NCBI RefSeq assembly: GCF_000018785.1
Contig: NC_010163.1
Coordinates: forward strand, 570,001-602,000
Direction: 5' to 3'
DNA from: Acholeplasma laidlawii PG-8A
GTDB lineage: Bacteria; Bacillota_I; Bacilli_A; Acholeplasmatales; Acholeplasmataceae
Length of the DNA: 32,000 nt
Shown here: positions 20,274 through 28,658 of the stretch, one piece after another
Layout: every line of letters starts with the position of its first letter
Numbering within the stretch: the first letter of the stretch is position 1
Position numbers and translations under genes: made by a program
The notes under the pieces: generated by a model
Told to the model about the DNA's origin: nothing
What the model saw: the letters and a program-made list of their open reading frames with translations, nothing else
Database searches by the model: none

Positions 20274-20465
20274 ATGGCAGTTCCATTTAGAAGACAAAGT
20301 AAAGGAAGAAAACGCCGTCGTCGTTCACACTATAAGTTAAAGACTCCAACAATCGTAGTTGATCCACAAACAGGAGAATTTACCTTACCACACAGAGTCA
20401 CTCCAAACAGTGGCTATTATAAAGGTCAATTAGTATTAGCTAAAAAAGTTAAGAAAGAAGATTAA
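20274..20465 (+). CDS. rpmF: 50S ribosomal protein L32 (cysteine-less form)
   Basis: [22 protein letters not shown] is the canonical L32 N-terminus. RBS AGGAGGTGA. There are no Cys residues at the usual zinc-ribbon positions. Confidence 0.96.
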
Positions 20466-20476
20466 CCTTTATTAAG

Positions 20477-20504
20477 AAAAAGCACGAGAAGTGCTTTTTT
20501 CTTT
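20477..20504 (+). terminator. rho-independent terminator of rpmF
   Basis: AAAAAGCAC-GAGAA-GTGCTTTTTT followed by CTTT. Confidence 0.75.
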
Positions 20505-20512
20505 GATATAAT
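20504..20512 (+). promoter_or_regulatory. extended -10 promoter element of rsmH
   Basis: TGATATAAT lies 24 nt upstream of the ATG at 20536. RBS GAGGTAAG. Confidence 0.5.
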
Positions 20513-20535
20513 ATATACAAGATGAGGTAAGTTAT

Positions 20536-21435
20536 ATGAAACATATCAGTGTATTATTAAATGAATCGATAGAAGGTCTAAACATCAAACCAAACGGTAT
20601 CTATGTAGATGCTACTTTAGGTGGTGGTGGACACTCCCTAGAAATATTAAAAAAACTTGATAAAGGGCACTTATATGCTTTTGATCAAGATGCTTATGCA
20701 ATTGGTAGAGCAACCGAAAGATTAAAAGACTTTAGCAATAAAACATTTATTCAATCAAATTTTTCATTTATAAAAGAAAAATTAAATGAACTGGGCATAT
20801 ATCAAGTAGATGGTATTATTTTTGACCTTGGTTTATCCTCATTTCAAATTGATGATGAAACTAGAGGGTTTTCATATCTTAAAGACTATGATTTAGACAT
20901 GCGTATGAACAAGGATGCAACCCTAACAGCTAAAGAAATCGTAAACACTTATGAAAGACAAAAACTAGCAGATATCTTTAGAGCTTATGGTGATGAAGAA
21001 AATGCCTGGAAAATTGCAGGCATGATTGTAGATAGAAGACCACTAAACACAACATTAGAATTAGTTGAGATAACAGATATTGCTAATAAAGGCATGAAAG
21101 GGCACTCTGCTAAGCGTGTTTTCCAGGCTTTGAGAATCGAGGTCAACAAGGAGTTAGAAGTACTTGAAAGAGCCTTGAATAGCGCCTTAGAACTCCTTAA
21201 TATCGGTGGTAGATTATCCATCATTACCTTCCAATCACTAGAAGATAAAATGGTAAAATCTTTTTATAAAACACATAGTCAAATGGATTACCCTAAAAAC
21301 ATAGATATTAGAACATTTCCAAAGCCACCTTTAAAAATTATTACAAGAAAACCGGTACTACCTTCAGAAATAGAACTAGAACATAATTCTAGAAGTCGTT
21401 CTGCTAAATTAAGAATCGCTGAAAAGCAAAGCTAA
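20536..21435 (+). CDS. rsmH: 16S rRNA (cytosine1402-N4)-methyltransferase RsmH/MraW
   Basis: HISVLLNESIEGL, SAM motif DATLGGGGHS, DLGLSSFQID, and a C-terminal NSRSRSAKLR. Confidence 0.95.
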   Translation: MKHISVLLNESIEGLNIKPNGIYVDATLGGGGHSLEILKKLDKGHLYAFDQDAYAIGRATERLKDFSNKTFIQSNFSFIKEKLNELGIYQVDGIIFDLGLSSFQIDDETRGFSYLKDYDLDMRMNKDATLTAKEIVNTYERQKLADIFRAYGDEENAWKIAGMIVDRRPLNTTLELVEITDIANKGMKGHSAKRVFQALRIEVNKELEVLERALNSALELLNIGGRLSIITFQSLEDKMVKSFYKTHSQMDYPKNIDIRTFPKPPLKIITRKPVLPSEIELEHNSRSRSAKLRIAEKQS

Positions 21436-21439
21436 ATAA

Positions 21440-21464
21440 AAAACCTCGAAAAAATCGAGGTTTT
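21440..21464. terminator. bidirectional rho-independent terminator
   Basis: AAAACCTCGA-AAAAA-TCGAGGTTTT between convergent genes. It overlaps the stop codon of the minus-strand gene. Confidence 0.85.
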
Positions 21465-22653
21465 ATTTATGTTTATGTTTAGAGGGACTTGCAGAAACTA
21501 AGATTCTGATATATTCAATATCATAGTGTTTAAATACTGGATGAGATTTAATCGCATCATAGATTTCTGGGTAATCAATTTCTTTAATGGTAGGATTATA
21601 TTCATCTTCATCCTTGATGACCATATGTAAATGTGAGTCATGATCATGGAAGGGATTGTCTAGACCTAAGTCGTAGTACTTCACACCATCTAGGTTAATT
21701 TTAATAATTAAGTTATTATCTAAGAAAAATTGTAAGTTGTTGTAAAGTGTTGAAATGTTGGTGTATCCTTTTTTAGATAATTCTTCATAAATTTCTTTAA
21801 ATGTTAAGTGACGATCTTTTAAGACTTCAAGTAAAGCTCTTCTAGCTTTTGTAAAACGTTTATTGGATTCAATTAATTTCTGAGGTTCATTGTAGTTTTC
21901 CTCCTTTAAATCTGAATGCTTGTTAAAATAATCACTCATAATTTGATGGACTTTATTTTTAGTCAGTGTGAGTGTTTGTTGTTTGGTTTCACCAAGAACA
22001 ACTTCAACAGGCTCTAATATATGTAAATGGATTCTAGGTTTTTTCTTGTAAAGTTTTTGAATAAAATTAGGATTTTTATAGACATAGACAAATGGTAATA
22101 TTTTAGCATCAGCATCTGCAGCAAATCTAAATGCACCACTCAAGAATTTTCTAATACCCACATGATATGGCTTAATAGATGCCTCAGGCATAACAAGTAC
22201 TGGTGTTTTTTTAGATAGTTCAGTTTTTAATTCATCTAAGAAGTGTACCATAAGTTCCTTAGTTTCAGGTATTGGAATTCCACCTGCAACACGCAGTATT
22301 TTTCCTACAAATGGTAGCCCTAAATTAGATTGAAGCATCGTTACATAAATCTTTCTAGGAAATATTAATGAACCAATCCATATGGCATCAAGTACATGCA
22401 CATGGTTTGACACAAGAATGAATCTTTCTTTTTTAAGATGTTTTAAGTTCTTTTTACCCTTAATTCTAAGACCTCTAAAAATAACTCCAAACACATAAAA
22501 GACCAGAACTTTAATCAATAATACTGTAAAAAATGATAATAACTTAAAAAAAGGATTATGATTAAAGAAATTATAATCTTTAGCTAATTTGACTTTTTTT
22601 ACGTTTTTAAGTAATTGAAAATCGTGATCTACTTTTTTGTTATTATCCGCCAT
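21463..22653 (-). CDS. fusion protein: N-terminal TM anchor plus PlsC-family (lysophospholipid) acyltransferase domain plus C-terminal Fur-family-like domain lacking the Cys4 site
   Basis: Single 396-aa ORF. TM helix FFKLLSFFTVLLIKVLVFYVFGVIF. HX4D motif SNHVHVLD. PEAS (PEGT-like) and GGIPI motifs. C-terminal RFTKARRALLEVLKD...ISTLYNNLQFFLDNNLI...HDHDSHLHMVIKD...FKHYDIEYIRILV aligns by eye with Fur/PerR (TPQRxxIL...TVYNNLRVF...HxHxxCxxCG). Confidence 0.7.
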   Translation of the reverse strand: MADNNKKVDHDFQLLKNVKKVKLAKDYNFFNHNPFFKLLSFFTVLLIKVLVFYVFGVIFRGLRIKGKKNLKHLKKERFILVSNHVHVLDAIWIGSLIFPRKIYVTMLQSNLGLPFVGKILRVAGGIPIPETKELMVHFLDELKTELSKKTPVLVMPEASIKPYHVGIRKFLSGAFRFAADADAKILPFVYVYKNPNFIQKLYKKKPRIHLHILEPVEVVLGETKQQTLTLTKNKVHQIMSDYFNKHSDLKEENYNEPQKLIESNKRFTKARRALLEVLKDRHLTFKEIYEELSKKGYTNISTLYNNLQFFLDNNLIIKINLDGVKYYDLGLDNPFHDHDSHLHMVIKDEDEYNPTIKEIDYPEIYDAIKSHPVFKHYDIEYIRILVSASPSKHKHK

Positions 22654-22701
22654 AGTGAACCATCTTTCTTAATTATAAAAATTATACCATTATTTATATA
22701 A

Positions 22702-22720
22702 ATAATCACACATTATGTGA
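22702..22720. promoter_or_regulatory. interleaved inverted repeats over the -35 region of the fusion-gene promoter (candidate operator)
   Basis: ATAAT-CACAC-ATTAT (22702-22716) is interleaved with TCACA-CATTA-TGTGA (22706-22720). The minus strand has the extended -10 TGGTATAAT downstream. Confidence 0.35.
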
Positions 22721-22746
22721 ACAAAAAACTAAATAGATAACCAAAT

Positions 22747-22778
22747 AGCACTATAGATAGTGCTGTTGATGTTATAAT
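22747..22778 (+). promoter_or_regulatory. nadD extended -10 promoter with an upstream inverted repeat (candidate operator)
   Basis: AGCACTA-TAGA-TAGTGCT (22747-22764) lies at the -35 position, and TGTTATAAT (22770-22778) is the extended -10. Confidence 0.4.
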
Positions 22779-22805
22779 ACATAGTAGAAACGAAAGGATT
22801 TATAT

Positions 22806-23372
22806 ATGGTACTTGTCTATGGGGGAAGCTTTAACCCACCAACCATTGCTCATGAAGCAATTATACATAAATTACATGAAGAATTCAAACCTAAAAAAAT
22901 CTTAATTGTCCCAACAGGCAATTATTTTAGTTGGAAGACGGACCTAATTGACTTCGAACATCGTTTCAAGATGGTTGAACTTATGACGCAACATTTAGAT
23001 TATGTCGAAATCAGTAGACTAGAAAATACGAAAGCATTTTTAGGTTCCTATCATACCTTGAATGAACTAAGTAAACGCTATGATGATTTGTATTTTGTAG
23101 TAGGTGCAGACCATATAAAGACTTTAGATCAATGGAAAGATTATAAAAAGTTGATTGAAAACTATAAATTTATCTTGCTTACTAGAAATAACTATACTTT
23201 TGATGATGATTTACTCAGTAAGCTTGGTTTAAAGTATGAAAAAATGATGTTTCAAAGTGATATAAGTAGTTCTGAAATTAGAAAAAACTTAAATCAAAAT
23301 TTAGACAAATTAAACTTAAATGTAAAAACATATATTTTAGAAAATAAACTCTATGAAGAGGTGAAAGTATGA
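22806..23372 (+). CDS. nadD: nicotinate-nucleotide adenylyltransferase
   Basis: 188 aa. GGSFNPPTIAHEAI (the (H/T)xGH motif region) and C-terminal ISSSEIRK. Confidence 0.9.
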   Translation: MVLVYGGSFNPPTIAHEAIIHKLHEEFKPKKILIVPTGNYFSWKTDLIDFEHRFKMVELMTQHLDYVEISRLENTKAFLGSYHTLNELSKRYDDLYFVVGADHIKTLDQWKDYKKLIENYKFILLTRNNYTFDDDLLSKLGLKYEKMMFQSDISSSEIRKNLNQNLDKLNLNVKTYILENKLYEEVKV

Positions 23373-25219
23373 CACAACACGGTATATTAAAAGTTTCACT
23401 TGCAAGTCCTGAAATCAAATTAGGTAATCCACTGCTCAATGTGGAACCTATTTTAAATATACTTAATCATGAATCCTCTGGGTTAGTTTTATTTCCTGAA
23501 CTATCATTAACTGGTTACACCTCAGGAGATTTATTTTTCCAATTAGATTACATCAATAAAACAAATGAAGCACTAAGTAAAATTATGAATGGAACAACTT
23601 ATCAAGGTGTGTACATATTAGGTATGCCTTTAAAAGTAGGGGATGCACTTTTTAATGTTGCAGTAGTTATTCAAAATAAGAAGATACTTGGTGTGATACC
23701 TAAGTATCACCTACCAAATTCAAAAGAGTTTAATGAAAAGCGCTGGTTCCAATCAGGTTTTAACTATGAGCTTGATACAGTGGAAGTACTTGGACAAACC
23801 GTCCCATTTGGTGATATGGTCTTTAAAGATGAATTACATGACATTGGATTTGGTGTAGAAATATGCCAAGATATGTGGGCGATTGAGACACCTGGAAATC
23901 ATTTAAGTCTAAGTGGTGCTCATCTGATTTTAAACTTATCGGCCTCACCTGAAACCATGGGTAAACAAACGGTTAGAAAACACACTGTATTAGATGCTTC
24001 AAGAAGACAGTTAAGTGGTTATTTATACACTGCTTCTGCATCATCAGAATCAACAATGGATGTCGTGTTTACACCACATAAGATAGCAGCTAGTTTGGGT
24101 AGTTTGATTATTGAATCTAGTCTATTAGATCCTAAAGAAGTTTTAAGAGTAGACATGGACATAGAAGCTATTCGCTATCAAAGAAGAATTGATTCTACCT
24201 TTAAAGATGAACAAAATGGCTATACACAATCAACAACTAAAGTTCATGTAGACTTTTTTACTAACAATGACTATGTATTTGAAAGACCTTTAAACAAAAC
24301 ACCATTCCTACCTAAAGTAGGCGATAAAGAAAGTTTACTGATTGCTAATCAAATACAAGTACAAGGTTTAGTTCAAAAAATCAAACATCTAGGAAAACCT
24401 AAGATTATTATTGGTATCTCAGGTGGTTTGGATAGTACACTTGCTTTATTAGTTGCTCATCAAGCAATTAAAAAACTAAATGGTGATGTTAAAGATATCA
24501 TCGGTGTTACTATGCCTAGTCAAGTAACCTCTAAAGGTTCTAAGACAGATGCCATCTTACTCATGGAAAAATTAGGTATCACAGCACTTGAAATTCCAAT
24601 TGAAGATCAAGTAAAACTTCATCTTGAAAGTTTAAATCATGGTGGTAGTACAGATATTACCTATGAAAATGCACAGGCTAGAATCCGTACACTCATATTA
24701 ATGAATCTATCAAACAAACACCAAGGATTTGTTTTAGGTACAGGTGACTTAAGCGAAATAGCGCTTGGTTGGATGACTTTTAATGGTGATCATATGAGTA
24801 TGTATAATGTCAATGCTGGTGTACCTAAAACACTTGTTCAAGCACTTGTTAAGCTGCACAGTGAACATAACTACCAAGATATTAAAGATATATTAATAAG
24901 TATTTTAAACCGACCAATCAGCCCAGAATTAAAAGAAAATCAAAAAACTGAGGATGTCATTGGTACATATGAAATTAATGATTTTATGCTGCATCATTTA
25001 TTAGAAAATGGTGCGAGTGAAGAAAAATTATCCTTCCTAGTTAGACACACATTTGGTCTATCTGTAGAAGCATCAGATCTTTATGCAAAAAGATTATTAA
25101 ACAGGTTTTATCAGTCACAGTTTAAGCGTCAAGTGATGCCTGAGGGACCAAAAGTGTTAAGGATAAGCTTATCACCTAGAGGTGATTTACGCTTACCTTC
25201 AGATATGAATAGAAAGTAG
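23369..25219 (+). CDS. nadE: glutamine-dependent NAD+ synthetase (nitrilase-like glutaminase domain plus NAD synthetase domain)
   Basis: 616 aa. The CN-hydrolase triad context is intact (FPELSLTGY; KYHLPNSKEFNEKRWF; VEICQDMW). PP-loop GISGGLDST. ATGA overlap with the nadD stop. Confidence 0.9.
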   Translation: MTQHGILKVSLASPEIKLGNPLLNVEPILNILNHESSGLVLFPELSLTGYTSGDLFFQLDYINKTNEALSKIMNGTTYQGVYILGMPLKVGDALFNVAVVIQNKKILGVIPKYHLPNSKEFNEKRWFQSGFNYELDTVEVLGQTVPFGDMVFKDELHDIGFGVEICQDMWAIETPGNHLSLSGAHLILNLSASPETMGKQTVRKHTVLDASRRQLSGYLYTASASSESTMDVVFTPHKIAASLGSLIIESSLLDPKEVLRVDMDIEAIRYQRRIDSTFKDEQNGYTQSTTKVHVDFFTNNDYVFERPLNKTPFLPKVGDKESLLIANQIQVQGLVQKIKHLGKPKIIIGISGGLDSTLALLVAHQAIKKLNGDVKDIIGVTMPSQVTSKGSKTDAILLMEKLGITALEIPIEDQVKLHLESLNHGGSTDITYENAQARIRTLILMNLSNKHQGFVLGTGDLSEIALGWMTFNGDHMSMYNVNAGVPKTLVQALVKLHSEHNYQDIKDILISILNRPISPELKENQKTEDVIGTYEINDFMLHHLLENGASEEKLSFLVRHTFGLSVEASDLYAKRLLNRFYQSQFKRQVMPEGPKVLRISLSPRGDLRLPSDMNRK

Positions 25220-25226
25220 TGTTATT

Positions 25227-26354
25227 TTGAAAAAGAAAGTATTAATCGGACTATCAGGCGGAGTCGACTCTTCAGTCGCTGCTTTGATACTGTTACAACA
25301 AGGCTATGATGTAGAAGCGGTATTCATGCGTAATTGGGATTCAGCAACAAATATGGATTTTAGAGGCAACCCAACGTTATATGATGAAACATGTGAACAA
25401 GAAAAAGATTACCAAGATGCATTAAAAGTAGCAAATAAATTGGGTATTAAATTACATAGAGTAGATTTTATTCATGAATACTGGGATCGTGTTTTTTCAT
25501 ATTTCATTGATGAATATGAAAAGAATAGAACACCAAATCCTGACGTATTATGTAATAATGAAATAAAATTTAAAGCATTTATCGATTATAGTGAAAAGTT
25601 TAAACCAGACTATATTGCAATGGGTCACTATGCTCAAATTGATCATACAGGTGATGAACCAAAACTAATTAGAGCAGTAGATTCTAATAAAGATCAAACA
25701 TACTTTTTAAGTCAACTTAAAACAGAACAATTAAGAAATGTCTTATTCCCAATTGGTAATTTACCAAAGAGTGAAGTTAGAAGAATTGCTAAAGAGCATG
25801 ATCTAGCTACAGCTGATAAAAAAGACTCTACCGGTATTTGTTTTATTGGTGAACGTCATTTTAATGAATTCTTACTAAACTACCTACCTGCAAAAGAAGG
25901 CGATATGAGACGTTTAGATGGCACTTTTATTAAACGTCACTTTGGTTTAATGAACTATACAATTGGTCAAAGAAAAGGCTTAGGTATCGGTGGTACAACC
26001 GATACAACAGATGCTTGGTTTGTTGTAGGTAAAGACTTATCTACAAACACACTGTATGTTGAACCAGGTTTTGAGCATCCTTATTTATATTCAGATGAAG
26101 CATTAATTACTGAAGTTAAGTGGCGTGGAGCAAAAAGAGATGGTAAATTTACAGCGAAATTCAGATATCGCCAAGAAGACCAAGATGTTGAAATTAAATG
26201 GATTGATGACGAAACATTTAAAGTCTTTTATCCTCAAAAAATACGTGCAGTAACACCGGGTCAAGTGTGTGCGATTTATGAAGATGAAGTGTGTGTTGGT
26301 TCAGGATTTATTTCAGTAGTATACAATGAAGGGGAAAAAAGATTATATAGCTAA
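25227..26354 (+). CDS. mnmA: tRNA 2-thiouridine(34) synthase MnmA
   Basis: PP-loop GLSGGVDSSVAA, catalytic Cys regions (NPDVLCNNEIKF; DSTGICFIGE). The apparent start codon is TTG at 25227, and no in-frame ATG lies upstream. Confidence 0.93.
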   Translation: MKKKVLIGLSGGVDSSVAALILLQQGYDVEAVFMRNWDSATNMDFRGNPTLYDETCEQEKDYQDALKVANKLGIKLHRVDFIHEYWDRVFSYFIDEYEKNRTPNPDVLCNNEIKFKAFIDYSEKFKPDYIAMGHYAQIDHTGDEPKLIRAVDSNKDQTYFLSQLKTEQLRNVLFPIGNLPKSEVRRIAKEHDLATADKKDSTGICFIGERHFNEFLLNYLPAKEGDMRRLDGTFIKRHFGLMNYTIGQRKGLGIGGTTDTTDAWFVVGKDLSTNTLYVEPGFEHPYLYSDEALITEVKWRGAKRDGKFTAKFRYRQEDQDVEIKWIDDETFKVFYPQKIRAVTPGQVCAIYEDEVCVGSGFISVVYNEGEKRLYS

Positions 26355-28603
26355 TGGAAATTAAAGTAAGAGGATTCATCAAATCCTATGTTTTTAAAAA
26401 TGAATCTAATGGCTATACGATTGCTAAACTAGAAACCAATGATAAAGAGTTAATCTCTATTGTTGGTTATTTTCCTTTATTAAGTGAAGAATTAGAATAC
26501 GAGTTTACTGGTGAAGAGACCATACACCCTAAATTTGGGCGTCAACTGACAGTTAAAAGTTATGAAAGATTAGAAAACACTTCAGAATCAGGTTTAGTCA
26601 GATACTTATCCAGTGATAATTTTTCTGGTATTGGACCGGTTACAGCTGAAAAAATAGTCAGTTTATTAGGCACAGATGCCATAGAAAAAATAATCACTGA
26701 TGAAAATGTATTAAGTCCAATTTTAAATCCAATCAAGCGAAATAGACTCAAAAAAGAATTAATTAGTCACCAAGCTGAACAACGTATTTTTGTTAAACTT
26801 TTAGATTTAGGTCTAACTACCCGTATATCTGCTAAATTGTTTAGCAATTATGGCAGTCAAACCTTAGAAAAGTTAGAAGAAGATCCTTATCGACTGATGT
26901 ATGAAATTGATGGATTTGGGTTTATAAAATCAAGAGATATCGCTGAAAAATTTGGTATTTCAAAAACGGATATTAGAACTTTAAAAGCTGCATTAGTTTA
27001 TGCACTCATAACTACATCTAATAGTGAGGGTAACCTCTACTTATTTGAAGAAGAACTGATGAGTAGAGTATCTAGAGTCATTGATGTAGATGCTGATTTT
27101 AAACCAGCGATTGATGAACTCATTAAAGAAAATAAATTAGTATTAGAAGATGATAAGTACTTCTTAAAACAAATCTATAGAGATGAAATTGATATTGCAA
27201 AACGCATTAAAGAGTTAAAAACATATCCACTTGATCATGTGGATACTGAACTATTAGAGTTGATGTTATCTCAGATCTCTATACAAAAATCTATTGATTA
27301 TACAGAAAAACAAAGACAAGCTATTATTACAGCAATGCAAAATCCACTCACTGTTATTACTGGTGGACCAGGTACTGGTAAAACGACCTTAATTGATGGG
27401 TTCTTAGAGTTATATGCTAAATATTTTAAAATTAACTTAAAATCTAAAGATGCAACCAATGAGATTGCACTTATGGCACCAACAGGACGTGCATCTAAAC
27501 GTATGAGAGAATTACTTGATTTTCCTGCACGTACGATTCACTCACATTTAGGATTTGATTTTGATCAGTCATTTAAGTCCAATAAAGTTCAACCACTGGT
27601 TCAAAATCTTATTATCATCGATGAAGCATCGATGATAGATATCTACTTAATGAAAAGACTCCTAAATAGCATTATAGATGGTACTAGAGTCGTTATTGTG
27701 GGTGATGAAGATCAACTACCAAGTGTTGGTCCGGGCTACGTTTTAGGTGATTTAATTAGTTCTAATGTTGTACCAGTGATAAGACTTAATGAAATACATA
27801 GACAAGCTAAGGATTCTCATATTGTAAAACTAGCATCCTCTATTAATAATCAAAATTTAAGTCAAGAAGATTTAATTAGTCATAATGACGTGACCTTTTA
27901 TAGTGGTACTGGTGAAGATATTAAAAGAGTAATCATTAATCAAATTGGTGGCGCCATGAAAAAAGGCTATGATTTAATTAATGACATTCAAGTTTTAATA
28001 CCTCAATATAAAGGTGACTTAGGTATTGATACAATGAACTTAGAAATACAAGCTAAGTTTAATCCAAATTATAATCAACCACCATTTATGAAGTTTGGCG
28101 ATAAAACCTACTACATAGGTGATAAAGTCATCCAACTTCAAAATGATAAAGACAAAGAAATCATGAATGGTGATATTGGTGTAGTTAAAGCGATACGTAA
28201 AAACGATAAAAATCAAAAGATTTTACAAGTAGATTTTGATGGTTTATTAGTGAATTACGATCAAAATGAACTAGATACCTTAAACCTCGCTTATGTCATT
28301 TCAATTCATAAGTCACAAGGTTCAGAATATCAAGTAGTTTTCCTACCGATTATTAAAAGTTATTTACATATGCTAAAAAAAGAACTTATATATACCGCGA
28401 TTACACGTGCAAAATCACATCTATTAGTATTAGGAGATTTAAGATTACTTCAATACGCATCGAATCAGTTAGTTGAAAAAAGACATACGATGCTTAAAGA
28501 ACGACTTACACATGATGAAGTATCATTCAACTTATTTGATCAATTAAGTGAAGAAGATGATTTAGATGAAACTAAAGATTTAAGTCCATGGGACTTTATG
28601 TAG
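26354..28603 (+). CDS. recD2: ATP-dependent RecD-like DNA helicase (RecD2/YrrC)
   Basis: 749 aa. Walker A GGPGTGKTT, Walker B IIIDEASM, SF1B motifs (VGDEDQLPSVGPG; SIHKSQGSEY; TAITRAK). TAATG overlap with mnmA. The mnmA-yrrC adjacency is as in Bacillus. Confidence 0.92.
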   Translation: MEIKVRGFIKSYVFKNESNGYTIAKLETNDKELISIVGYFPLLSEELEYEFTGEETIHPKFGRQLTVKSYERLENTSESGLVRYLSSDNFSGIGPVTAEKIVSLLGTDAIEKIITDENVLSPILNPIKRNRLKKELISHQAEQRIFVKLLDLGLTTRISAKLFSNYGSQTLEKLEEDPYRLMYEIDGFGFIKSRDIAEKFGISKTDIRTLKAALVYALITTSNSEGNLYLFEEELMSRVSRVIDVDADFKPAIDELIKENKLVLEDDKYFLKQIYRDEIDIAKRIKELKTYPLDHVDTELLELMLSQISIQKSIDYTEKQRQAIITAMQNPLTVITGGPGTGKTTLIDGFLELYAKYFKINLKSKDATNEIALMAPTGRASKRMRELLDFPARTIHSHLGFDFDQSFKSNKVQPLVQNLIIIDEASMIDIYLMKRLLNSIIDGTRVVIVGDEDQLPSVGPGYVLGDLISSNVVPVIRLNEIHRQAKDSHIVKLASSINNQNLSQEDLISHNDVTFYSGTGEDIKRVIINQIGGAMKKGYDLINDIQVLIPQYKGDLGIDTMNLEIQAKFNPNYNQPPFMKFGDKTYYIGDKVIQLQNDKDKEIMNGDIGVVKAIRKNDKNQKILQVDFDGLLVNYDQNELDTLNLAYVISIHKSQGSEYQVVFLPIIKSYLHMLKKELIYTAITRAKSHLLVLGDLRLLQYASNQLVEKRHTMLKERLTHDEVSFNLFDQLSEEDDLDETKDLSPWDFM

Positions 28604-28611
28604 ACTAAATA

Positions 28612-28654
28612 AAAAGCCTTAAAGATTATACAAAATGTAATCTTTAAGGCTTTT
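28612..28654. terminator. bidirectional rho-independent terminator
   Basis: AAAAGCCTTAAAGATTA ... TAATCTTTAAGGCTTTT: a stem of at least 13 bp with A/T flanks, between convergent recD2 and the esterase gene. Confidence 0.88.
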
Positions 28655-28658
28655 ATCT

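Noticed and set aside
19014-21224. Minus-strand ORFs at 19014-19262 (in lplA) and 20985-21224 (in rsmH), and a further minus-strand ORF at 26560-26751 (in recD2).
   Set aside because: They are antisense to confidently assigned genes and have no RBS or promoter.
21873-21906. A strong internal Shine-Dalgarno sequence (AAGGAGG on the minus strand) sits at the junction between the acyltransferase and Fur-like parts. It might indicate two separate genes.
   Set aside because: The only ATG at a suitable distance is out of frame and opens a 5-codon ORF (MNLRN*). The main frame is continuous with no stop, so the single fusion ORF is the better reading. Resequencing would still be a useful check.
22747-22764. 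AGCACTA-N4-TAGTGCT upstream of nadD was considered as a third CIRCE element.
   Set aside because: It shares the AGCACT/AGTGCT core, but the arms are separated by 4-6 nt instead of the 11 nt implied by TTAGCACTC-N9-GAGTGCTAA. HrcA operators have strict spacing. I kept it only as a generic candidate operator.
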